Origin: Abditibacteriaceae bacterium
GTDB lineage: Bacteria > Armatimonadota > Abditibacteriia > Abditibacteriales > Abditibacteriaceae
Assembly: GCA_031372065.1 (NCBI GenBank)
Contig: JANMKN010000003.1
Coordinates: 1-32,042 of the forward strand
DNA: 32,042 nt
Direction of reading: 5' to 3'
The position numbers were made by a program, and so were the translations under genes. A model generated the notes under the pieces. The model was not told where the DNA came from and made no database searches. It was given only the letters and a program-made list of their open reading frames with translations. This document shows, piece by piece, positions 24,047-32,042 of the stretch. Each line of letters begins with the position of its first letter. Within the stretch, counting starts at the first letter, position 1.

Positions 24047-24367
24047 ATGATCAAGCATTGGAATCGTCTGACCGCCATAGCGACCTTAGCCGCTGTTTTG
24101 GCAACCACACTTTTCGTAGGCACCACACCCGTGCAGGCGAAATCGAGCACATGGAAAAAGGTCGCCATCGGTGCGGCGGCTGTGGGCGCTTATGGCGCTC
24201 TCAAAGGCAAGAAAACGCTGGCCATTGGCGGCGCCGTAGTCGCTGCGGGTTCTTATCTGAAAGCCAAAAAAGACAAGAAAAAAGAATGGCGCCGTTCACA
24301 CCGGTATCGTTCTTCTCGCTACAGCAATTCTCGCTACAGCAACACGCGTTACCGCCGCGCTCGCTAA
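24047..24367 (+). CDS. Small secreted basic protein with Gly/Ala-rich helices
   Basis: Strong RBS AAGGAG, signal peptide ending VQA, two AIG[AG]A segments, Arg/Tyr/Ser tail with a duplicated TCTCGCTACAGCAA. Confidence 0.7.
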   Translation: MIKHWNRLTAIATLAAVLATTLFVGTTPVQAKSSTWKKVAIGAAAVGAYGALKGKKTLAIGGAVVAAGSYLKAKKDKKKEWRRSHRYRSSRYSNSRYSNTRYRRAR

Positions 24368-24383
24368 AGCGCACCAGCCGCTA

Positions 24384-24424
24384 AACAAAACGCCTGTCCG
24401 ATTGATTCGGACAGGCGTTTTGTT
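24384..24424. terminator. Bidirectional intrinsic terminator
   Basis: 18-bp perfect stem AACAAAACGCCTGTCCGA / TCGGACAGGCGTTTTGTT between convergent genes. Confidence 0.88.
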
Positions 24425-24442
24425 GTTTTAGACACTCAAAAT

Positions 24443-26083
24443 CTACTCGGCGCCGACGCCGATATAGGTGCGCAATTTTTCGGATTCAAATTTCGCTTCG
24501 GCTTCCGGGTCGCGCGTGAAAAGCGAAACGAGAATACCGACCACAAACGCCGCTGTCATTGAGAAGAGAGCAGGATTTTTCATGGCGAACGGCGCTGGAT
24601 TGACGGGCAGTTTGGCTTTGAGAGCCGCTGCTTGAAACACGTCCTCCCACACTGTCGGACTAAGCACAATCAAGACGATAGCGACGATTAAGCCTGCCGC
24701 CATGCTGGCGACGGCGCCTGCCGTAGTGAAGCGTTTCCACGAGATGGAAAGAAAGAGTGCCGGAAAGTTGGCGCTGGCTGCCACGGAAAAGGCGAGGCCA
24801 ACCATGAAGGCAACGTTGACATCTTTAAACAACAACCCGAAGCCGATGGCTAAAATGCCCAGCAGAATAGTTGCGCCTCTGGCGACTTTGACTTCTTCCT
24901 TTTCATTTGACTGACCATGCCGCAGCACGCCGACATAAATGTCATGCGACAGCGCCGACGCGCCAGCCAAAGTCAAACCGGCGACGACTGCCAAAATTGT
25001 GGCGAAAGCAACAGCGCACAAGAAACCGAGAAACGGACTGCCACCAAGAATTTCTGCCAATAGAGGCGCGGCCACGTTCGATCCCATGCCCGGCGTGCCG
25101 GGCTTCGGTTTGGCGAGATATTCGGCGCCGACCAAAGCTGCCGCACCGTAGCCAATGGTGAATGTCAGAATGTAAAAGAATCCGATGAAACCGGTAGCCA
25201 CAAACACCGATTTGCGTGCTTCGCGAGCGTCGGGCACGGTATAGAAGCGCATTAGAATATGCGGCAATCCGGCGGTGCCGAACATTAGGCCGAGCGATAG
25301 CGAAACCAAATCGAGCGGGGAGGTCGCGACCTTCGAAGTGAAACCGGGGAGTAATAATTTTTCTCCCGGATGCAAGGTTTTCATAGCACCGGTTGCAGCA
25401 TCCTTAACTTCAACAGATGGCAAAGCACCCACGGCATGAAACAAGTTGGCGTAACTCCAACCGTAATGCGACAAGACCATCAAAGCCAGCATCGTGGCGC
25501 CGCCGATCAGTAGCACGGCCTTGATGATTTGCACCCATGTTGTCGCCAGCATACCGCCGAAGATAACGTAAAGAATCATCAGCACACCAACCGGGAATAT
25601 CGCTGTTTCGTAGGGCAAGCCAAACATCAGTTTGATGAGGTCACCCGCGCCCTTCATTTGTGCTGTCAGATAAATTACGACTGTAACCAACGAGCCGATG
25701 GCGGCCATCGTGCGAATGGGTCGTTTGGATAAGCGATACGCCACCACATCGGCGAAGGTATATTTGCCGAGATTACGCAGCGGCTCGGCGATGAGAAACA
25801 TCACGATGGGCCAGCCCACCAGATAGCCGACAGAGTAAATCAGGCCATCGTAACCACCGGTGGCGACCAAACCGGCAATGCCCAGAAAACTGGCCGCACT
25901 CATGTAGTCGCCAGCCAGCGCCAGTCCGTTTTGAAAGCCGGAAATGCTGCGTCCGGCGGCGTAGAATTCGCTGGTGGTTTTGGTTTTTTTGGCCGCCCAG
26001 TAGGTAATGGCAAGCGTCACCATCACGAAGGCGAAGAAAAATCCGATGGAAACGGGATTAGGTTGTCCGATGGTTGTTGGCAT
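24443..26083 (-). CDS. actP: Cation/acetate symporter (SSS family)
   Basis: FYAAGRSISGFQNGLALAGDYMSAASFLG, AEPLRNLGKYTFAD, ATTWVQIIKA, GTAGLPHILMRFYTVPDA; paired with a DUF485 gene. Confidence 0.93.
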   Translation of the reverse strand: MPTTIGQPNPVSIGFFFAFVMVTLAITYWAAKKTKTTSEFYAAGRSISGFQNGLALAGDYMSAASFLGIAGLVATGGYDGLIYSVGYLVGWPIVMFLIAEPLRNLGKYTFADVVAYRLSKRPIRTMAAIGSLVTVVIYLTAQMKGAGDLIKLMFGLPYETAIFPVGVLMILYVIFGGMLATTWVQIIKAVLLIGGATMLALMVLSHYGWSYANLFHAVGALPSVEVKDAATGAMKTLHPGEKLLLPGFTSKVATSPLDLVSLSLGLMFGTAGLPHILMRFYTVPDAREARKSVFVATGFIGFFYILTFTIGYGAAALVGAEYLAKPKPGTPGMGSNVAAPLLAEILGGSPFLGFLCAVAFATILAVVAGLTLAGASALSHDIYVGVLRHGQSNEKEEVKVARGATILLGILAIGFGLLFKDVNVAFMVGLAFSVAASANFPALFLSISWKRFTTAGAVASMAAGLIVAIVLIVLSPTVWEDVFQAAALKAKLPVNPAPFAMKNPALFSMTAAFVVGILVSLFTRDPEAEAKFESEKLRTYIGVGAE

Positions 26084-26101
26084 GAGGGTTCTCTGTGGGT
26101 T

Positions 26102-26443
26102 TCAGTTATCTTCGAGGCGCTTTTTCACGTTGCTGACCATCGTGTCGTAGCTATCGTTAGCCCAGCGCACATAAACGCCAGTTAGCATCCACGCGAAAAT
26201 AATGACGCCGATGCCAACAGGAATGCCGGACGTGGCGCCACTGACCGGACGCGAAAGCACCGCAGGCGCGAAGGCCAACAGGAAGATAAAGCCAAAATAA
26301 ATCAGCATCATCGCTACCGTTAGGCTCAGTGATATGGCATTCTTGCGGCGCGCTAACTCTTTGAATTCCGGGTCTTGCAGCATCTCATGCGCGCGTTTTT
26401 GCGCGCCTTGCAATTCGGTTTGCGGCACTTGTTCTTCGTTCAT
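26102..26443 (-). CDS. yjcH: DUF485 (YjcH-like) small membrane partner of ActP
   Basis: Start MNEEQ; PEFKEL...[10 protein letters not shown]...GIPVG...YVRWAN; immediately upstream of actP. Confidence 0.85.
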   Translation of the reverse strand: MNEEQVPQTELQGAQKRAHEMLQDPEFKELARRKNAISLSLTVAMMLIYFGFIFLLAFAPAVLSRPVSGATSGIPVGIGVIIFAWMLTGVYVRWANDSYDTMVSNVKKRLEDN

Positions 26444-26551
26444 GGGCTTTCCGATTCTAAAAATGGAATGTGTGAAGCTGCAATCAGGATAGCAAAACGC
26501 CGCGCCGATATAAACTGGCACGGTGCGAAAATCAAAAAGGAAAGGCTCCTT

Positions 26552-27565
26552 ATGAACAATATTCAAGCGCTGCTGCTGCCGATTCAAAGATTACACGAAA
26601 TCATTCGCGATGCCGTCGTTGTTGCCTGCGAGGAAGCCGCTCTCGAAGACATGGCAGGCATCGCCAAAGAAGCCGAAGGCGACACTATTTACGCGGTTGA
26701 TCGCATTAGCGAAGAAATTCTCATTGAATTCTTCGCCCACGAAGTTGCGCCGCATGCGCCCCTTGTTTTAATCGCCGAGGGCTTGGATGAGGGCCAAATT
26801 GTGCTGCCCGAAGGCACGCGCGAAGAAGATGCAATCTGGCGCATCATCGTTGATCCGATAGATGGCACGCGTGGTTTGATGTATCAAAAGCGTAGCGCGT
26901 GGATTCTCACGGGTGTAGCGCTCAATCGCGGCCCTCATACCAATCTGCGCGACATTGAACTGGCTGTGCAAACCGAAATTCCGCTCGTCAAGCAGCATTT
27001 ATGCGACAGCGCGTGGGCTTTTGCGGGCGAGGGCGCTCATGCGACGCGATTCAATCGCATTACAGGCGAAAGCGTGCCGTTGCATTTGAAGCCCTCGACG
27101 GCTAATACCGTCGCGCACGGCTTTGCGATGATCGCGCGCTTCTTTCCGGGTGCCCGCGAAGAGCTTGCGGCCATTGACGAAGAGATTATTATCGGCGCGC
27201 TTGGCCCTGTTCAGCGCGGCAAGACCCATTGTTTTGAAGATCAATACATTTCCAGCGGCGGCCAATTATGGGAATTGATGAGCGGACACGACCGTTTTGT
27301 CGCCGATTTGCGTCCTTTGATGGAGAAACTGCTTCAAGCGCGCGGCCTAAGTCTTGGCATTTGCTGCCATCCTTATGATTTATGCACCGAACTCATCGCG
27401 CGCGAGTTGGGCATCCTTGTAACGGACGAACACGGCGCCTTTTTGCACGCGCCGCTCAATGTCGAAGCCGAGATAACGTGGTGCGGCTACGCGAACCCTC
27501 AAATTCACGCCCAAATTGCGCCTCTTTTGCAACAATCGCTGCGAAAACGCGGCTTGCTGCCGTAA
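26552..27565 (+). CDS. Inositol monophosphatase / FIG superfamily phosphatase
   Basis: Start MNNIQ after [14 protein letters not shown]...[16 protein letters not shown] motifs. Confidence 0.85.
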   Translation: MNNIQALLLPIQRLHEIIRDAVVVACEEAALEDMAGIAKEAEGDTIYAVDRISEEILIEFFAHEVAPHAPLVLIAEGLDEGQIVLPEGTREEDAIWRIIVDPIDGTRGLMYQKRSAWILTGVALNRGPHTNLRDIELAVQTEIPLVKQHLCDSAWAFAGEGAHATRFNRITGESVPLHLKPSTANTVAHGFAMIARFFPGAREELAAIDEEIIIGALGPVQRGKTHCFEDQYISSGGQLWELMSGHDRFVADLRPLMEKLLQARGLSLGICCHPYDLCTELIARELGILVTDEHGAFLHAPLNVEAEITWCGYANPQIHAQIAPLLQQSLRKRGLLP

Positions 27566-27639
27566 AAATCGCTTCTTGTGGCACTTCATTGGTGTTTCGC
27601 GCGTCCGGTTTGGCCAAGACTTTTGAGGTTTTGGGAAAT

Positions 27640-29115
27640 ATGGCGACAAATCAATTTTGGCTGCGTAAGTTGAGCGTGGCGACGGCGTTTTTGCTGGCTT
27701 TGTTTGGAGATGTTCTGTCCGCTTCTGCCACCACTCCACCGCAGGTTTTCGGCATTGTCGGCGATTATGGGCGCGCTGGCACGCCTGAAAGAAATGTGGC
27801 GAGTCTGATTCAGAGTTGGAATCCCGATTACGTCGTCACCGTAGGCGACAATAATTATGATCTTGGTGGCGCGGACACCATTGATGCCAACATCGGCCAG
27901 TTTTATCACGATTACATAGCGAATTACAAAGGCACTTACGGGGCCGGGGGCGTGACGAATCGTTTTTGGCCGGCTTTGGGCAATCACGATTGGAGGACAC
28001 CCGGCGCACAACCCTATCTGGATTATTTCACTTTGCCCGGCAACGAGAGATATTATGATTTTGTGCAGGGGCCAATCCATTTTTTTGTCGTAGATAGCGA
28101 CCCCAGTGAACCGGACGGCAACACTTTTGATTCGCTGCAAGGCCGGTGGCTGCAAAATGCCTTGGCCGCTGCAACCGAGCCTTGGAAGATCGTTTATTTT
28201 CATCATCCGCCTTATTCTTCTGGCCCGCATGGCAGTTCGGCGTGGATGCAATGGCCGTTCCGCGCCTGGGGCGCAGATATTGTTTTTAGCGGGCACGATC
28301 ATGTGTATGAACGACTTGAGGTGGGCGGCTTCCCTTATATTGCCAATGGTTTGGGCGGGCGCAGTATTTATAACTTTGGCGCGACTACCGCTGGAAGTGT
28401 GGTGCGCTATAACGCCGATTACGGGGCGATGCGCGCCGAAGTGGATGAGTATCGTTTGTCCACTCAGTTCATCGCGCGAACCGGCGCCGTGGCAGATAAC
28501 TTCGCTTTGGCCCGCCTGCATGGACAAATCAATCGTCTTTCCGGCGTGGGTTTAAGCGGCGTGGTTATCTCTGCCACCGATGGCAACGCGCAAAATCCTC
28601 ACGATAGAGTGGATGTGAGCCTGACCGATGGAGCTTATAATCTGCGCCCGCTGCCGCAGGGCACTTATATGGTAGTTCCCCGCTTGACGGGTTTTGTTTT
28701 TTCGCCCGCACAGGCCACCGTGACCATTGGTGCCAGCGGCGCCCCTGCGGTCAATTTCGTCGCCACAGCGCTGCCGCAAATTATCATCACTACGCCTTCT
28801 GCCAGTCAATCGGTGAATGGGCTGATGGTCATTGATGGGCGCGCGGCGGCTGACCCCGGTGGCACCGGATTGCTCCGTGTTTTGGTTTATCTGCGCCGCG
28901 ATAGTGATGGTTTGTGGTGGCAAGGCACCAATTGGGGCACGCCGCGCACCGCGTTACTCGCTGCGCTCACTGGCACCAATTGGTCTTTAGATCATGGTTT
29001 GCCGGGCGCATCCTCCATGCCCGCCGGTGCCTACACTATTACAGCGTATGCTTATGATCGCGCTCGGAATTATAACGCGGCAGTGCGCCATTTTTATAGC
29101 GCCCCTTCTCAATGA
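27640..29115 (+). CDS. Secreted calcineurin-like metallophosphoesterase with C-terminal carboxypeptidase-regulatory-like and Ig-like domains
   Basis: Signal peptide; GDYG, GDNNY, LGNHDW, HHPPYS, SGHDHVYER; beta-rich C-terminal modules. Confidence 0.88.
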   Translation: MATNQFWLRKLSVATAFLLALFGDVLSASATTPPQVFGIVGDYGRAGTPERNVASLIQSWNPDYVVTVGDNNYDLGGADTIDANIGQFYHDYIANYKGTYGAGGVTNRFWPALGNHDWRTPGAQPYLDYFTLPGNERYYDFVQGPIHFFVVDSDPSEPDGNTFDSLQGRWLQNALAAATEPWKIVYFHHPPYSSGPHGSSAWMQWPFRAWGADIVFSGHDHVYERLEVGGFPYIANGLGGRSIYNFGATTAGSVVRYNADYGAMRAEVDEYRLSTQFIARTGAVADNFALARLHGQINRLSGVGLSGVVISATDGNAQNPHDRVDVSLTDGAYNLRPLPQGTYMVVPRLTGFVFSPAQATVTIGASGAPAVNFVATALPQIIITTPSASQSVNGLMVIDGRAAADPGGTGLLRVLVYLRRDSDGLWWQGTNWGTPRTALLAALTGTNWSLDHGLPGASSMPAGAYTITAYAYDRARNYNAAVRHFYSAPSQ

Positions 29116-29135
29116 TGCCGCAGCGGGCAGCAAAC

Positions 29136-29186
29136 TAACACAACAAAACGCGACGAGATTCAATCTCGCCGCGTTTTGTTGTGTTA
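29136..29186. terminator. Bidirectional intrinsic terminator
   Basis: 24-bp stem TAACACAACAAAACGCGACGAGAT / ATCTCGCCGCGTTTTGTTGTGTTA with one mismatch (a G-U pair on the minus strand), between convergent genes. Confidence 0.88.
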
Positions 29187-29193
29187 CGCTCGT

Positions 29194-32042
29194 TTAACCG
29201 CCGGAAGCGTCGTCGTCCAGAATAGTGCCTTGGCCTTGACCATCGCTGATGGTCGCACCCGCAGCGTTGCTCAAATCCACGGTGAAGGTTTCGTCGTTTT
29301 CATGAACGGCGTCGCCTACCACCGTGACGGTGATGGTTTTGGTCGTCTCGTTCGGCGCAAAAGTCAGAGTGCCAGCTTTACCGCTGTAATCGCCCGGTTT
29401 CACCGCGCTGCCGTTGCCTGTTTGATACGACACCGTCACCGCTTGGCCGCTGACCTTCGACAAACTCACCGTAAAGACGAAGTTCGTCGTGCCGCTGCTG
29501 CCTTCGGCCAAAGTCACATCGTTAATCGAAAGTTTAGGCAAGGCGTCGTCGTTGGTGAGGACTTGCGTGCCCGTCTTGCTGCCTAAGGTGCCAGCCTTAG
29601 CCGAGAGAAGTTGCAAACGAATCGTTTCATCGGCTTCGGGCACCGTGTCACGCTGCACTACAAACGCGACAGCTTTGTTGGTTTGGCCCGGTGTGAAGGT
29701 CAGCGTGCCACCATCACCGCCGGGAGCGGTGTAATCGCTGCCGTAGGTCGCCGTGCCGCCAAAGCTATAGGTCACAACCACTGGTCTGCTGCTGGCAGCC
29801 GACAATCGCACTGAGAAGTGCAGGCTTTGCGTGCCGCTGTTGCCTTCGTTGATGGCGACTAAATCGGCGGTGGAGACAGTGGGCAAGGGATCGTTATCGT
29901 CAATGAAGGCGCGTCCGCCCAAAATGCCGCCATTGCTGCGAATGCTGGCCTGATTGCTGTTGGACAACAAGAGGCGGAAGGCTTCTTGCAGTTCGTTCAA
30001 GCTGTCGTCCAAAACTGGCACACTGATGGTTTTGCTGGTTTCTCCCACGTTGATGGTGTAGCTTGTGGTTGCCAACCCTGTATAATCGCTGCCTGCCGTG
30101 GCCGAGTAGTCTTGGGTGGCGGCATCGAAGGTGATAGCGCGCAAGGCCGGACTGCCCAAACTCACCACAAAGTCGGCGTTGATGCCACCCACGGTTTCAG
30201 TGACGGTGGGATTGCTCACACTCAGCACTTCGCTTTCAAAGGCGCCGATGTCAGGCTTGCCGCCGCTGGGTTGCGGGCGCGGGAAGCCGCGCTGATCGGT
30301 GGCCGGAGCATTGGCAGCATTGGCTTTGCCCTGCGCCGGAGAGCCGGGCAAAAGCGCCATCGTCTTGGTCGGTCCGCCGTTGTCGGCTAAAGCGCTCAGT
30401 TTGGCATCGAGCGCATTGGCCGCTGTGCCGACTTGATCGCCATTGACGCCGTTGACGAAGCCGGGGGCCGCGCTGCCGTCACCAATCAAGTTGTAGCCGC
30501 CGGAAACAAAAGTGCCACTGGCGCCGCCACTCACGTCGCCGACCGCGTTGTTGGTGGCGATGGTGTTCTTGATCGTCGCGCTGGCGCCGGGGTTGTAGAT
30601 GCCGTAGAAGGAGTTACCGCTAACAGTGCAACTCGCAATGGTCGCTGTGCTGCCGATGGTGATAGAAATGGCGCTGTTGTTGCCGGTCACTGTTGTATTC
30701 GTGATGGTCGCTGTGCCGTCGCTGTAAATGGCGACACCATCGCCGGTGCTATTGGTATTGCCGCTCGCCGTGCAGTTCGTGACGGTCATCGTGGGGTTGG
30801 TTGGGAGGCCGTTGGTGAAGTTATCGAAACCGTAACTATTACCGCTCGCGGTGCAATTGGTAATAATCGCCGTCCCGAAGTTATAAATGCCAACGAAGCC
30901 TTTGCTGACGGTCAGGCCACTGAAAGTAGCGCTCACGCCAGTCTTCACTTGGAAGATAGCAAACGATTTGTTGCTGTCGCTTTCTTCGATTGTCAGCAAA
31001 TTGGCGCCGGGGCCGGTGATGGTCACAGCCTCGCTTAGGTCATTTAACGCAGTGCCGAGCAGGATGGTCTGCGCGCTGTTGAAGAGCGCAGAGAAGGTAA
31101 TCTCACTGGCATCAGCGTCGCTGTTGGCATAAGCAATCGCTTCGCGCAGGCTGGTGCCGCTGCCATAAGCCGGGTCGCTGGTGCCGTTGTCTTCATCCGC
31201 CGTGGTCGTCACCACGAGGGATTCGTTAGGCGTGAATTGCAATTCAAAGGCGCCGATGTCGTCGCGGTTGACTTGTGGACGTGCCACGCCGCGCTGATCG
31301 GTCGTGAGCGTGGTGTCCGTGGTGTCACCCGCGTTGATGGCTAGGCTACCGCCTTGCAGCGCCATCGTTTGCGTGGGGCCGCCGTTGTCAGCCAAAGCAC
31401 TCAGCTTCAACTGTGCCGCCGTGCCGCCGTTTTGGTCGCCGGACTGATTGAAGTTGCCTATTCCGTTGCCATCGCCGATGAGGTTGAAGCCCAAACTCAC
31501 GAATGAGTTGGTGCTGTTATCACAGGAAACATCGGTGCCGCTGTCAGAGCTGCCGGGCAGCGAGGTGCGGTTGTCGGCGATAATGCTGTTCTGCACGCGT
31601 GTGCGGGTGAAGTTGTTGCCAGACGAGAATACTCCGCTGCCCGCATCCAGCGGCGCGCTGTTGCCGGCAATGGTGCAGCTTTCGATGCGCAGCAGTCCCT
31701 GAAGGCTGTAAATACCTCCACCTCCCGTGGAGGCGCTGTTGCCGGAGATGGTGCTGTTGCGCAGCAGCGTGCTGCTCGCTGGATCAGGCTGCCCGACCAC
31801 GAAAGCCGAGGGGCTGCTGTAAATACCGCCGCCCCTCACTGCGGAGTTATTGCTGAGGGTGCTGTTTTCCACCGTCAGCGTGCCAAAGCCGTTATAGATG
31901 CCGCCGCCGCCGCCGCTGATGTTGGGGTCGGGAGTGGAGTTATTGCTGAGGGTGCTGTTTTTCACCGTCAGCGTGCCGGAGTTAGAGATGCCGCCGCCGG
32001 AGAAGCGCGCGGAGTTATTGCTGAGGGTGCTGTTTTCCACCG
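29194..32042 (-). CDS. Large surface protein, 5'-truncated: beta-helix repeats, two choice-of-anchor Q domains, CSLREA-like motif, three Calx-beta domains
   Basis: NST-x-S-x-N...GGGI repeats; S-x-G-[FY]NLIGDG...LADNGGPT-x-TMAL..GS-x-A...TDQRG...DIGAFE twice; GTSLREAI; C-terminal Calx-beta units. The frame runs off the window edge. Confidence 0.88.
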   Translation of the reverse strand, partial: VENSTLSNNSARFSGGGISNSGTLTVKNSTLSNNSTPDPNISGGGGGIYNGFGTLTVENSTLSNNSAVRGGGIYSSPSAFVVGQPDPASSTLLRNSTISGNSASTGGGGIYSLQGLLRIESCTIAGNSAPLDAGSGVFSSGNNFTRTRVQNSIIADNRTSLPGSSDSGTDVSCDNSTNSFVSLGFNLIGDGNGIGNFNQSGDQNGGTAAQLKLSALADNGGPTQTMALQGGSLAINAGDTTDTTLTTDQRGVARPQVNRDDIGAFELQFTPNESLVVTTTADEDNGTSDPAYGSGTSLREAIAYANSDADASEITFSALFNSAQTILLGTALNDLSEAVTITGPGANLLTIEESDSNKSFAIFQVKTGVSATFSGLTVSKGFVGIYNFGTAIITNCTASGNSYGFDNFTNGLPTNPTMTVTNCTASGNTNSTGDGVAIYSDGTATITNTTVTGNNSAISITIGSTATIASCTVSGNSFYGIYNPGASATIKNTIATNNAVGDVSGGASGTFVSGGYNLIGDGSAAPGFVNGVNGDQVGTAANALDAKLSALADNGGPTKTMALLPGSPAQGKANAANAPATDQRGFPRPQPSGGKPDIGAFESEVLSVSNPTVTETVGGINADFVVSLGSPALRAITFDAATQDYSATAGSDYTGLATTSYTINVGETSKTISVPVLDDSLNELQEAFRLLLSNSNQASIRSNGGILGGRAFIDDNDPLPTVSTADLVAINEGNSGTQSLHFSVRLSAASSRPVVVTYSFGGTATYGSDYTAPGGDGGTLTFTPGQTNKAVAFVVQRDTVPEADETIRLQLLSAKAGTLGSKTGTQVLTNDDALPKLSINDVTLAEGSSGTTNFVFTVSLSKVSGQAVTVSYQTGNGSAVKPGDYSGKAGTLTFAPNETTKTITVTVVGDAVHENDETFTVDLSNAAGATISDGQGQGTILDDDASGG
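31843..32042. repeat. Three near-identical 42-bp coding direct repeats
   Basis: GGAGTTATTGCTGAGGGTGCTGTTTTYCACCGTCAGCGTGCC at 31843 and 31936, partial copy at 32011; encodes GTLTV[EK]NSTLSNNS. Confidence 0.9.

Noticed and set aside
26375..26587. Long overlapping starts for the DUF485 and inositol monophosphatase ORFs
   Set aside because: They overlap each other head to head; the internal ATGs at 26443 and 26552 give typical protein lengths.
27382..27639. N-terminal extension of the metallophosphoesterase ORF
   Set aside because: It overlaps the upstream gene; the signal peptide begins at the ATG at 27640.
31843..32042. CRISPR-like repeat-spacer appearance
   Set aside because: Repeats and spacers are multiples of 3 and in frame within a beta-helix protein, the spacers share GGGI codons, and there are no cas genes.

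Overview
Bacterial chromosomal window. The gene families (Calx-beta/SdrD-B surface proteins, DUF1559/H-X9-DG-like proteins, DUF4091 hydrolase) suggest Abditibacteriota or Armatimonadota, which is an inference. In order it holds: a REP-like inverted repeat; an AlgX/AlgJ-type acetyltransferase with a partner gene; three tandem secreted paralogs with a pseudopilin-like C-terminal half, with a 124-bp MITE between two of them; a CE7 acetyl esterase; a 1623-aa SdrD-B/P-domain/Calx-beta surface protein; an endonuclease III-like gene; an AT-rich orphan followed by a candidate 6S-like RNA; a sugar-acid locus (dgoD, two DUF4864 genes, a Gfo/Idh/MocA oxidoreductase, a divergent GH123/DUF4091-like hydrolase); a putative Zn peptidase; actP/yjcH; an inositol-monophosphatase-family gene; a secreted metallophosphoesterase; and a truncated choice-of-anchor-Q/Calx-beta protein. 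The best candidate for an undescribed system is the minus-strand operon at 19772-23371. It joins a tetraether-synthase (Tes/GDGT-MAS)-like radical SAM enzyme, a non-canonical Lgt paralog and three zinc-ribbon membrane proteins that each carry an internal lipobox-like G-[AT]-C, suggesting a dedicated protein-lipidation and lipid-tail-coupling pathway. All family calls come from visual motif recognition; no searches were run.
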